This document shows positions 1 through 13,800 of a stretch of DNA of 64,000 bases, in pieces. A program made the translations under genes and the position numbers. This DNA is from Phallusia mammillata (Eukaryota): contig OZ281501.1 of the NCBI GenBank assembly GCA_965637545.1, forward strand, positions 7,254,001 to 7,318,000, given 5' to 3'. Position 1 is the stretch's first letter. Each line of letters starts with the position of its first letter. The notes under the pieces are model-generated. The model was not told where the DNA came from and ran no database searches. It saw nothing but the letters and a program-made list of their open reading frames with translations.

Positions 1-3000
1 CTGACAGCATTAAGATTGAACGCACCATCGCACAGGCGACTCTTACAATAAAGGATATCAAGTTGGCCAGTAGTGGCGAGTACACCGTTACTGCAGCAAA
101 CCACTACGGATCTAAATCGGCGACTTGCAAAGTCCAAGTCCTTGGTAAATGCATCAACACATGTAGTTTGTTTAAAGTTTTAAAAACATATTCCAATCTG
201 ACTGTTGTGCGTACAGACAAACCAGGCCAAGTGACAGGGCCTGTGAAGATTGTCGGCATGACAGCAAGCAAATGCAAATTGACTTGGTCTCCACCAGCCC
301 AAAATGGAGGCAGCACCATCACAAACTACGTTGTTGAGAAACGCGAGACCAGTCGCCTGTTGTGGACCTCGGTAAGTGGCTCAAAAGATTAACTTATCTC
401 CTCAGATAAGCATTGCTATATTTCTCTACGTCTTGGCCTTGGTTGAAAACATGCTTCGTCATTTGTGATAGGTTGGCGACGCGGGAATGCATTGTGATAT
501 CAACTGCACAAAACTGGTCGCGGGTAACCAGTACGTCTTCCGAGTATCGGCACAAAACAAATATGGAGTCGGGCCACCGTTGGAGTCAGCAGCAGCAGTG
601 TGCAAGAATCCGTTCGGTAAGTCTGCTTTCAAAACATTGTTTGTTTCTTGTGCCTCAAGAGATTTTGCTAAATTGTTTAATGTGATTTCGTAATGCAGAC
701 GCACCAGGAAAACCAGGAAAGCCACAAGCCACCAAGTCAACAAAGAACACCATTACTATTACCTGGGATAGACCAGAGTCGGATGGTGGAAATGAAATCA
801 TCGGATACCACTTGGAACGGCATCACAAAAAGGGACTCAAATGGATTCGGTGGGTTTTACAAAAGTTAGCAAAAGTGTAAATGAATCGAAATTAAATATT
901 GCGCACTTTTGGTCACATCATTGTTGGTCACAACATCTAATCGCAAGAATATGTTTTTTCAGCTGCAACCAGGAACCCATCCGCGAGAACAGACATCGTG
1001 TGTGTGGCCTAACCGAAGGCTACGAATACGAGTTCCGCGTCTCAGCAGAGAACAAGGGTGGAATTGGGCCAACAAGCGATGAATCTGGCTTCTTCGCGGC
1101 GCGAGATCCAATCTGTAAGTTTTAACTGATCACAGCCGATCACTGAGCCTTCTATACAGGCCCTGTGTTATTGCGGTGTAGCGGTGTGAAGTGTTTTAGC
1201 TGATGGGAAGGTTATACCCACGAGAGTAACGCGTTGGAAGACGTATTTAGCCCAGCACGCGCAGATTCAATCACTTAGCGACGTGACAGTTCGAAGTGCA
1301 GAGGCTGTGCTACGCCAGAATTGGCGGGCGCATATTGTGAGACTTATTCCCTGCACGGAGGCATGAGCAGTTGTGTAAGTTACAGCGCAGAGCAACAGAG
1401 AGTCGTGAACATACAAAATGTAAAGACGGTTAAAACCTTAGCGCATGATGTGATCGAAAAGCACAAGGATATAGAATCGCGCCGACAAAGATGGAATCAA
1501 GTATTGGAAGAATCGGAATTATCGTTAGAGCGACTGGAAGCTGATGTTTTACAGCAAGCCCTGCTGGGAAAAAAGCACGGTGCGCGTTTGTTTAGCCGAA
1601 ACTTTGCATCAAACTTGGAAGGGAATAGGGTGTCTGAGAAGCGCGAAGTTGTCTCTCGCAAGTCAAGATCGTTGAGTAGGATAGAGATCCATCATCAAAC
1701 GGAAGAAGATCACATAAAGCAGAGAAGTTTTTCTACTGATCGAAGGTCGAGATCTTTGAAGAGAGAAAATCTCCAATACGATGGACAACAGACTAGTATA
1801 ACCGATGTAACAATTGAAGACAGTAGACGATTAGCAGATGACAAAAGTTTCAAAAAAGACTTTAAAGACCTCAAACGGTCAATCGTAAGCCTCGATGAAG
1901 ACATTGAGCGTATTAACGATGAGATTAAACTGCGCAATGATACATTCGGCACAATCTCGTTGAAACGAAAGTCTAGAAGTATGGCTGCGTTTCAAATAGT
2001 AGTTTGTGGGTTTAATCCCAACTTTTTTGTTAAGACGTTCCGGGTGCGCCAGGATGCCCAACAGTTACAGACACAACCAAGACTTCAATCAGTCTTGTCT
2101 GGTCGAAACCCACACACGATGGTGGGGCTCCGGTCACCGGATTTGTGGTCGAAATGGCCAAGGCCGAGTCTGATGATTTTGAAGTGGTTAGCGGCCTGAA
2201 ACCAATTGTCATTGCAGAATACGTGGTCACGAATTTGTTGCCTGATCTCAAATACAAGTAAGGGTTTATGACAATAAACAATAACATACAAAACGGTTTC
2301 TGAAACACAAAGTTAATTATTTTGCACGGTCCAAACAGCTTTGTAAAGACCAGAAATCTAATGTAACAGAGATCATCGGTTATGTAACACTGGTAATTGC
2401 TTTTCCAGGTTCCGAGTTCGCGCTGTCAACTATGCCGGTCAATCTGATGCCAGCAAAGAAAGCGAAGCAACCAGTCCGGTTGAAATTATTGAACCTCCGA
2501 CATACGAGCTTGATGCAGATATGAAACAGAGTCTTACTGTGCGTGCAGGTGGTTCAATTCGCCTCTTTGTAACTGTAAAGGGCCGGCCTACACCAACTGC
2601 TACTTGGACTAAGGAAGGCGGTTTGCCAGAGGCAAGAACAGTTATTGATACGACCAGCTCATACAGGTAATGCATAAGAAGTAACATGCATTAGGCAGAA
2701 AGAGTAGAATCGTAACTTTGAATTTGTTCTTAGCCTCTTGGTTGTAAACAACTGTAACCGACACGACGCTGGTAAATACGAGTTGATGATTGAGAACAGC
2801 GCGGGATCAAAGATGGTCGCGGTTAACGTCAAGGTTTTGGACTCTCCCGGCCCTGTGCAGAACCTTGAAGTAAAGGATGTTACTAAGAGCACAGCTTTCT
2901 TGATGTGGGACACACCAAAGACTGATGGAGGGGCTGTGATTTCCAATTACATTGTTGAAAAACGACTGTCTACACGAAAGGCCTGGTCCACTGTTTCAAC

Positions 3001-6000
3001 AGAGGTAAACAATAGTATGAAATGAAAGCTCTTGTGGTAGGAAAAGCTAATAACATTTAGGTCACTATGTAAAATATGATTTGACTTTGTAGGTACACCG
3101 TGAGTCTCACAAAGTGACAGGCCTTGCTGAGGGTGAACAATATTTCTTCCGCGTTCTGGCTGAAAACAAATACGGCATTGGCGAACCGGCCGAGACCCGC
3201 GAGGTTGCTAGAGCTGCAGAAATTCCTGGAGCCCCCAAGTCTTTGGATGTAACAGGTTTTAGCAAGACATCGGCTTCCCTTGTCTGGACCAAACCCGAAT
3301 CAGATGGCGGAAGTCCGGTTATTGCTTATTTGGTTGAAATGCAAAGACTGGGAATGGATGCATGGGTAACCAAGGCAACTACACCATCATTAAAGTGAGT
3401 GTTTTTTCATGGTACTAGTATAATACTAAGATGTGTTGCCTAATCAAAAACAAGCGTACAAATTAAGGTATTACATCATGCTGATTGCCGACACTAACTT
3501 AACATCTGTTCGTTGCTGCAGGGCAACCATCAACGACTTGAACGAGGGAGCCGAGTATCACTTCAGGGTGCGAGCTAAGAACGCCATGGGACCCGGTGAA
3601 CCTAGGCAGACGCTGCACTCTGTCACAGCCAAGGATGATGTCACCCGACCTGGGGTCGATTTGCGCGAACTCTATATGGGTACTGTGACTGCAAAGGCCG
3701 GCGCCAACTTGAAGATCAAGCTACCTTTACTTGGTAAGCATTTTTTGCGTAGCAATTACTCCTATAGTTACCGAATAGCGTGTAACAGTATTTTTCTTTG
3801 CAACTCGCAGGCAAACCCCTACCGACAGCGCAATGGCGTTCCAATGACGAAAACGTGCGTGAAACACAACGGGTTAACACTGAAACCTGCGACGGGTTCA
3901 CCACACTTAACATTCGGGATTGCCAAAGAGGTGACGCTGGTATATACGAGATTGTAGTTAAGAACCCAGCTGGAAGCAAGACCTCAGAAATCAAGTTAAC
4001 GGTCTTCGATGTACCAAGTTTACCCCGTGGACCGATTGAGTTCACCAACGTTACCGCCGATTCGCTAACCATGACTTGGCTTACGCCAGAACAAGATGGC
4101 GGCGCTCAGATCAACAATTACATTGTCATGAAACGTGAAAAAGAGGTTGACACATGGACTGAGGTGGCAGCGTCAGTTGCTAGAACCACGCTGAAGGTGA
4201 ATATGCCGAACATTTCTGCAACTAATGAGATTTGAACCTGTAAAACTTCACTGACATAATGTTGTGTTCTTAAGGTTGGACGTCTTGCAAGGGATCAGGA
4301 ATATCTTTTCCGAGTGTATGCCGAAAACCGCTTCGGACGTTCAGCACCTCTTGACTCCAAACCGATTTTGGTAAAATTCCCATTCAGTCGACCTGGTGTT
4401 CCTGGCCAGCCCGAAGTGGTTAACTGCACTAGGGACAGCGTGGCACTCAGATGGGATGCACCTGCATCTAACGGAGGTACACAAGATTAAGATAAAATTA
4501 ATAAATTTGATATTTTATTATACACTGATGTATTCGATTGGGTTATACTTAAAATGCAATATTGTATTTTGACTGAATGTTTGTCTTGGTACTCAGGCGA
4601 TGCAATCTTTGCATATCACGTTGAGAAAAAGGACCGAAACGCAATTTTGTGGACACCAGCTACAAGGGCACCCGCCAAAGACACTTCACTTAAGGTACGC
4701 CTACTACAAAAGCAATTCAACAAACTTTATAGACCGAACAACTATACGATACTTAACAGAAAGCTTTATTACAGATTTCAAGCTTGACTGAAAACCTGGA
4801 ATACCAGTTCCGCGTTTGCGCTGAAAACTTGGCCGGCGTTGGTAAATTCAGCCGGGCATCTGATGGTGTAGTGTGCAGAGACAACGTTGATCGACCCGGA
4901 CGTCCAGAGGTTGTCGAGGTCAGCCGTACAGGCGCCAGTCTCATCTGGACAAAGCCAGAGTACGACGGTGGTGCCAAGATCACTGGTAAGTCAAATTGAA
5001 CTTAAGTAGTTTTAGTTATCACAACTTTAACTGACATGACTTGATGTGTAAAGGTTATACCATTGAACGACGTGAACTGCCTACTGGCCGTTGGCTCAAG
5101 TGCAATTTTAGCAACGTGATTGACACCAAGTTTGATGTCACCGGTCTTACAGAAGGCAGCGACTACATCTTCAGGTAAGCATTCCATCGTATTGAAAACT
5201 GACAAATAAGTTTCACTAAGAATAGTTTACCAAAACGCAATTTCGTTTACAGAATCTTCGCTAAGAATGCTAGCGGAAGCGTTTCTGAAGAATCAGAATC
5301 ATCTCAGTCAGTTACTTGCCGCGACGAAGTAAGACCACCACGAGTTGAGTTTGACGCCAAACTGAGAGACACGCTCGTTGTAAAAGCAGGCGACAGCGTA
5401 AAACTCCAAGCTCGTATATCAGGTACGTTACAATATCCAAAATTGTACTGTTTGCTTGGATATATTTTGCAGTATTTTACGTGTTAACTTGTCCTTTTAC
5501 AGGAAAACCACTGCCTTCCATCCAGTGGCAAAAGGACGGCGAAACACTGGAGGAAAGCAACCTGCTTAGTGTGGTGAACAGCGACAACGAGTCCTTGGTT
5601 CATATTAGGGATTCAACGCGCACCGATTCCGGCCAGTACACGATCAATCTGAAGAACGGCGCTGGTACAAGAAGTCTTACTGTCAGCGTCAAAGTGCTCG
5701 ACCGTCCTGGACCACCAGCAAACGTCAATGTCAAAGATGTTACATCAAGCCGTGCGAAGCTATCGTGGTCAGCACCACGTGACGATGGTGGATCTACCAT
5801 TACAAGTTACGTGGTCGAAAAACGCGAAACCAGCCGCCTGGCCTGGACATTGGTGTCCAACGAGGTTAGCACACATTCCTTTGTACAATACAGAGTTTCA
5901 ACCATCCACAGCACATGGGCTAATACCACATTGCGCTTTAGGTTGAAGGCACATCTTTGCGTGTGAACAATCTTCTTGAGCACAACGAGTACATCTTCCG

Positions 6001-9000
6001 CGTAATGGGAGTGAACAAGTACGGTCAGGGCGAGGCCGGCGAGTCGCAACCCGTGAAGGCCGAGAATCCGTTCGTCCTACCAGGTAAACCTTCGCAACCC
6101 GAGATTAGCAATGCAACTCGGGATTCGTGCGTCGTGACCTGGATGCGACCAAACAACGACGGAGGCGCCGAGATAACCAACTACATCTTGGAAAAACGCG
6201 ACAAGTAAGTTTTGCTTCTTAACACCTAACCTTTATCGTGTGAAGATATTTGACATAAACTATTCAAGTATTATTTGACATGTGTTAACTGATGGTGTTT
6301 TTGTACCTAACAGGAAAGGAACAAGGTGGGTAAGGGCCACACGCAAGAACATCAGCGAATGTCGATTCCGAGTGACTGGACTGAATGAAGGCATCGAAGT
6401 CGAGTTCCGAGTTGCCGCTGAGAACGCAGCCGGAACTGGCGAGCCTTCAGAAGGATCACCTTATGTTAGGATCGAGGATCCAATCTATCCTCCAGGTAAA
6501 TAATCCACAACATTACAACTTTGTTTTTGCATTACAATGTGTAAAACAACAAATGTTTTCAGGCCCACCATCCAACGTCAAGACTAATGAGACCACACGC
6601 AAGAGCGCCACAGTTGCTTGGACTAAGCCCATGTACGACGGAGGAAGTGATGTTACCGGTTACGTCGTTCAGTACGCTGAGGCAAAGGGCGACGACGAGA
6701 TACAAGAGGAAGACTGGATTAAGTCCCCAATGCCAGTTCGTTACATGCTTAACGAGTTTACTGTTGGGGATCTGATTGAAAACAAAGAATACAAACTCAG
6801 GTAAGTCTTGTTTAATGTGGTTAATAGGAGTTAAACAACTGTGGCATAAACGGTTTACGAACATGCAGAGTTGGTGCGGTGAACAACGCTGGGGTTGGAG
6901 AGTTTGCTTACGTGGCTGGTAAGGTCGTAGCAAAAGACTTGTTACTCTCACCAGACATGGAGATTGACGTCAGTCTGCGTCAAGCTCTCAAGGTAAGTGA
7001 TTGTTTAATCAGCGGAGATACGCAGGTCGACTTATGCGGCAACATCACGTTTTCATGTTATTTGCAGATAAAAGCTGGAAATTCAATTCGTCTCTTCTCC
7101 ACTTACCGAGGAAGCCCGACGCCGATGGTGACATGGCGCAAGGACGAAGGAAAACTTCCGGATGCAAGCCATGTTGACACGACCGATTCCACAACGTTGA
7201 TGCTTGTTGAAGATGCAACCAGGTACAACTTAAACACCTCTGATTGTTTTACCATCTTGTTTTCTACGAGAGTAAGTATATGTATTAACACCATTAACCA
7301 TTACAGGAACCACAGCGGAAAGTACTCTCTGACTTTGGAAAACAGCGCCGGGTCCAAGACAGTTACAGTTAACGTTGTGGTACTGGATAGCCCGTCTGCA
7401 CCACAGCAACTCGTAACCAAGGATATTACTCGCGAATCAGTCACCTTGTCTTGGCAAGCACCAGAAAATGATGGCGGCAGTGTGGTGAACCATTACATTG
7501 TCGAAAAGAAGGAAACCACCAAGAAGGCGTGGTCAACTGTCACTATGACCTGTGTCAGGACATCGTTCAAGGTTTGTATTGCCTTGCTGTGATATTCAAA
7601 AATTGTACAGTTTCTTTCACCAACATGTCCTTTAATGTTTAGGTGCTTAATCTGAACGAGGGAATGAGTTACTATTTCCGCGTGATGGCCGAGAACGAGT
7701 ACGGCATTGGTGCAGCTTGCGAAACACCTGGTGCGATCAAGGCGTCAGAGGTACCAAGTGCTCCTGGCCGACTTGAAGTGACACAAACCACCGCCAACAG
7801 CGTCTCGTTGGCTTGGGGTAAGCCCGAAGCTGACGGTGGCAGCAAAGTCATTGGCTATCTTATCGAGTACAGAGAAGCAGCCGCTGAGCAATGGAAACAA
7901 GCTGCTCAGGTGAAGGTCATGTCAGGCACTGTGACCCGACTCACCGAGGGTAAAGATTATTGCTTCCGGGTTAAGGCTTTGAATGAGAACGGTCTTGGCG
8001 ATGCTCGCGAGCTTTTGCAATCTGTCACTGCTAAGGACGAGGTAAGTTATGTTTTACCAACATGGCATTTAACTTTTATGTGGTCTAAACATGACAATGA
8101 TTTGAAGGTGGAACCAGCAGCTATTGATTTCGGAGGTCTCTCCTCTTTGGTATTTTACGCCAAGAAGGGCAGCGACCTGAAGGCAAAGGTGATGCTCAGC
8201 GGCAAACCCACGCCTCAGGCCGTGTGGAGACGAAACGGTGACGAACTGAAGCAGACCAGTCGTGTCAATGTTGAAGCTCTTGAAAATTTCACTTTGCTGA
8301 CTATTAAAGGTAGATGCCTGTTTCAAACCCTGTATATATCAACCTAACCATATAATAGACATGATAAAAATAACATACTCTGTATTGCAGACTGCATTGT
8401 TGAAGACGCCGGCGAGTACCAGCTTACAGCTTCCAACCTTCTGCACAAGGAATCAGCCCCTGTGCAGATCGTGGTGTACGACAAGCCTGGTGCACCCAAG
8501 GGGCCAGTTCGGTTTGATAAGGTGACGGCCGACTCCATCACTCTATCATGGGATCAACCCACCTTTACTGGAGGATGTCAAATTTCAAACTACATTGTCG
8601 AAAAGCGTGAAGCCACAAGCACTGTAAGATTCGTAGTTGAAATCGTAACAAATGTGTTTGATCAGTACATAAACAAACGTGTTTCTTTTTAGGTTTGGAC
8701 AATCGTGTCAGCTGCTTGCGCACGAGCAACAGTCAAAGCTACCAAACTGAACAACGGAACCGAATACCTGTTCCGAATCAAGGCTGAGAACCGGTTTGGT
8801 GTCGGCCCGGTTCTGACTTCAGATCCGGTTACGGCACAACACCCGTACAAGGCTCCAGGCGCCCCAAGTCAGCCACACATCGCTCGCGTTACAAAGGACA
8901 GCGTCACACTGCGTTGGTCCGAGCCTGTTAACGACGGTGGTTCCGCTATTACGGGATACCAGATGGAGCACAAGGACAGAAACTCAATCTTGTGGCAGGT

Positions 9001-10877
9001 TGGTCAGGTTTAATAAAAAAGTATTAGCATTTGTTGCAGTGTTTAACATCTGTACCCTACAGAAAACCAACAAGATCACAATTAGCGACACCGAGTACAG
9101 AGCAAGCGGACTCGACCAAGGACTCGAGTACGAGTTCCGAATTTATGCGCAAAACGCAGTGGGTACGAGTAAGCCGAGTCGCACCACTGACCTTGTGTTG
9201 TGCCGCGACCCCATTGAGGCACCAGGAAAACCAGAGGCACTTCAGGTAAGCATTCCACCATCGATTATGTAAAGAAGCGGTACATCTTGACCATAATCAT
9301 TATAACGATGATGTATCATAGGTTGGAAGTCGTTACGTTACCATCGAATGGGAGAAATCGTCATACGACGGCGGTAGTAAACTTATCGGATACAACGTTG
9401 AGAAGCGTGAGCTTCCCGATGGTCGATGGTTGAAGGCAAACTACGGAAATGTGTCGGAAACTCATTTCAAGATTGACGGACTAACTGAGAACGTAAAATA
9501 CGAGTTCCGCGTATTTGGCAAGAATGCCATCGGTAAGTTCTCATTGATTTATCTCTGTGCTCTTATTATGCGATTTTTATTCCAATACAACAACGTCTCT
9601 ATTTTGTCCAGGATCCGTATCTGAGCCTTCAGAGCCATCATCGCCTGTGTTATGCCGTGATGAGCTGGAACCACCAAGCCTTGAGTACGACCAATCATTG
9701 CGAGACACGCAGATCGTCAAGGCTGGCGACACAGCCAAGTTCACCATTCGCATATATGGAAAACCACCACCATCTGTGCGTTGGTGCCGTGAAGGACGCG
9801 ACATCGAGGTCTCGCCTCGCATCAAGGTCGAACACGCCACGACCTACACTTCTCTGACAATCGCTGACACAACTAGACGTGATACAGGTAATGTTTAATT
9901 TGGTGCTCAAATACCCCTGCCTTGAACTTCACGGGCTTGTACGTAACAAAATATTTACTTGATTTCAGGACAATACACATTGAGCTTGGCCAATGATGCC
10001 GGCGAACGCACAATGGCAATCCACCTGAAGGTTCTGGACATTCCAGGCCCTGTACGTCATTTAGCGGTTGAAGATATAACTTCAAGCAAGTGCACAGTAG
10101 CGTGGGACGCACCTAGCGAAGACGGTGGCAGTCAGATCACCAACTACGTGGTTGAGAAACGCGAGACAAGCCGCATTACTTGGACGCAGATCGCTTCAGA
10201 TTTGCAGACGCGCTACATTAAGATCGGACACTTGGTGAAAGATCATGAGTATATCTTCAGGTAAGAACACGCCAACGTGCACACAATTATTTTCGGACAG
10301 CATTTTAATCAACTTGGTATCAAATTACAGAGTGCGTGCCGAAAACAAGTTTGGTCTTGGAGACATCACTGAAACAACACCTGTGGTGACTAAAAACCCA
10401 TTCAAGGTGCCCGGACCACCAGGCAAACCCGAGTTCACGAATGTGCACAGCAAGGGCTTGATTCTTACCTGGCCACGTCCGGAGAACGATGGTGGATCTG
10501 AGGTCTGCAACTATGTTGTCGAAAAAAGAGAAAAGCTTGGTTCAAAGTGGTTCCGCGTCACTTCAAGGCAGATTGAGGAGTGCCGACTCAAAATCAGTGG
10601 CCTACAAGAAGGACAGGAGTATGAGTTCCAGGTACGTTTCAATACAGCTACAAAGTGCACTACCGTTTAGAGTGTTTTAAACTAAAACGCTTCTTTTCTT
10701 CAGGTTATGGCTCAAAACGCTGAAGGCATCGGTCTGCCTGGACCTTCATCTGATTCCGTGCTTATCAGAGATCCAATCTATGCCCCAGGAGTTCCACGGG
10801 TTCCAAAGGTTACTGACACTAGCCGAAGCTCAATTAGCCTTGTGTGGTCATCACCAACTTTCGATGGTGGCAGCTCG
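1..10877 (+). CDS. TTN: Titin A-band, intron-dense block (~33 short introns; about 2.4 super-repeats)
   Basis: Exons traced by GT/AG and phase, e.g. <1-144, 217-371, 472-616, 699-849, 963-1114, 2035-2257, 2409-2667. The many + strand ORF-track fragments are these exons running into introns. Confidence 0.93.
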
Positions 10878-13800
10878 GTAAGAATTTACGCAGCATAGTA
10901 ACCTCTCTCAATGGCTTTATTGGTATTATTATGTAGCAATTCACATTATCAGCAGTGCAATTACCATTGGTAATTTTTTTTTCAGATTTCGGGATATGGC
11001 GTTGAAGTCCTTCCTGAAGATTCGGACACCGACGACTGGGTGCTTTGTACTCCCAACATTGGTGTAGCCGCCACTCAGTACACTATCGGTGGCCTGCAGG
11101 CTGAAAAAGCTTACAGGATCCGTGTACGAGCAATGAACGCGGCGGGAATTGGCGAACCAGCTCAATTACCATCGGTTATTCAACCTAAGGACGTTCTAAT
11201 CGCACCAGAGATTGAAGTCGACGCAGATGTTGGCCAATTTGTAAGCGTACGCGCTGGTGGCACCATCCGATTGTTCAGCATCATTCATGGTCGTCCAACA
11301 CCTACTGCTAAATGGACCAAGGAGAACGGACAGATCAACGATATGGCTCAGATTGAAACAACTAATGTCTCCACCTTGTTGCTTATCAACAATTGCACGC
11401 GTGATGATGCCGGGCGGTACACTCTTGCAGTGGAAAACTCATCGGGAACCAAGACCGTTTCCATTACTGTGAAGGTGCTGGATACACCAGGACCGGTAAA
11501 AGCACTTAAGGTGACCGAAGTTACTCGTGATCATGTTAGCTTGAACTGGGAGGCCCCAGAACAAGATGGCGGTGCAGTTGTGACAAACTACATAATCGAG
11601 AAGCGAGAGACCACGCGCAAGGCTTACCAGGCTGTGGGCAGCACACCACACAGAACCAGCTTTAAAGTCACCGGTTTGAACGAAGGAGACACATACTTTT
11701 TCCGAGTTCTTGCCGAAAACGAGTACGGCGTTGGCGTGCCTTGCGAAACAAATAAGGCAACCAAGGTTTCAGAAGCACCAAGCTTGCCTGAGAAGGTAGA
11801 TGTAACCGACGTGACGGACACAACAGTTACCCTGACTTGGGCTAAACCAGAACATGACGGTGGAAGCCCAGTGACCAATTATGTGGTTGAACAAACCCAA
11901 AAGGGTGGCTTTGAATCATGGACTGTATCTGGATCAACCAAGAACACACGGCTTGTCGTCGGAAAATTGACCACAGGAAAGGATTACGTTTTCCGTGTGC
12001 GTGCACAAAACGACGTCGGCATTTCAGACGGACGAGAAACGAACACAATAAACGTGCGTGAGGTTCTCATTGCACCGAATATCGATACGAGCAAGTACTT
12101 CAACAACACAGTGGCTGAGAAGGTTGGCAACAACGTCAAGGTCGTTGTTCCATTTAGCGGCAAGCCAGCACCTACTGCATACTTCCTGCGTGATGGAGAA
12201 GAGCTCAAACAAACCAGTCGCGTCAATTCTGACACATCTGACAGCGTTGCTAAGCTGAACATCGGAGAGCTTTCGCGTAAAGATGCCGGTGATTACGAAC
12301 TCGTGGTGAAGAACTCTGTTGGCACGAAGCAAGTCAAGATGCACATTGTGGTAATGGAGAAGCCATCAGCACCGTCTGGGCCAATGGAGGTTCGCGACGT
12401 GACCGCTGAAAGTGTCACAGTTGCTTGGGGAGCGCCTGAAGAAGATGGCGGCACTCCTGTTACACACTACACTCTGGAGAAGCTTGATAGCAGTATTGGA
12501 TGGGTTGAGGTGTCCGGATTCGTGGTTCGCACTACACAAAAAGTAACTAGGCTTGTAACAGGCCAAGAGTACATCTTTAGAGTGCGCGCCGCCAATAAGT
12601 TTGGTCTCAGCGAACCTTTGGATTCACAACCAGTTTTGGCGCGTCATCCATTCAACAAACCAGGCCCTCCGGGAGCACCACAGATTGATCAGATCGCAGG
12701 CGAGTTTGTTGTTCTTAACTGGCAGGAGCCGGCCAACGACGGCGGTTCACCGATCCTCGGATACCACGTCGAACGCAAGGACAGAAACTCAATTCTGTGG
12801 ACAAAGGCCAACAGCTACTCTGTACGGGACACCACCTTCAAATGCGGCAACCTTTCTCCAGGACTGAGCTACGAATTCAGGATAACTGCTGAGAACTTAG
12901 CTGGACTCGGCAAGACCAGCAAATCGTCGGAATCTGTCATTACACGCGATCCAATTGAGCCGCCTCGCGACGTGCATGCCACTAAGATCAATCGTACTGC
13001 AGTGACCGTATCTTGGCGCAGACCCGAGTACGACGGTGGAAGCCGCATAACAGGTTACATTGTCGAAAAGCTCGACTTGCCTAACGGTCGATGGATGAAG
13101 TGCAATTTCAACAAGATTATTGACACGTCGTTCGAATCCGATGGCTTGATTGAAGGCTCAGTATACGAGTTCCGCGTCTTGGCGCAAAACGCAGCTGGCA
13201 GCATCAGCAAACCATCTGATTCCACAGGACCAGTCACCGCCAAGGATGAGCTGGAACCAGCAAGTGTGGACGTAGACGCCCAATACAGGGATGTTGTGTT
13301 GGTAAAAGCCGGAGACACGCTGACTCTTCGAACCTACATCAGCGGCAAACCTGTTCCTACTATTTCTTGGGAAAAGGACGGAGTCGAATTTGAGTCCAGC
13401 GCCAAACGAGCAATCCGTACCACTGACGAAACATCCAATGTAACAGTAAAGGATTGTTCTCGTATGGACAGCGGCACATACACAATCAAAGTCCGAAATG
13501 CCGGTGGTGAGAGGTCAATTGGAATCAATGTTCGTGTTCTTGACACACCTGGACCTTGCGAAGGCCTAAAGATCAACGGAGTAACTGCCGAAAAATGCAA
13601 CCTTTCTTGGCAGGCTCCAACGCTAAATGGTGGGGCTAAGGTCGCCAGCTATTCCATCGAAAAGAGGGAAACTTCCCGCTTGGCGTGGACTGTCGTAACA
13701 TCGGCCACCGAGCACACTCAGCACAAGGTGACTGGTTTGATCCGGGGAAATGAGTACGTGTTCCGCATTCGCGCAGAAAACAAGCTTGGACTTGGTGAAC

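Noticed and set aside
1200-1366. 55-codon frame after the AG at 1199 as an alternative terminal exon truncating titin
   Set aside because: Short enough to be chance, with no clear polyadenylation signal and no recognisable protein features.
1321-2199. The 292-aa ORF as a standalone nested gene
   Set aside because: Its last ~70 codons run through a normal-looking intron and then the titin exon 2035-2257 in the wrong frame. Only 1363-1978 is plausible, as a spliced exon.
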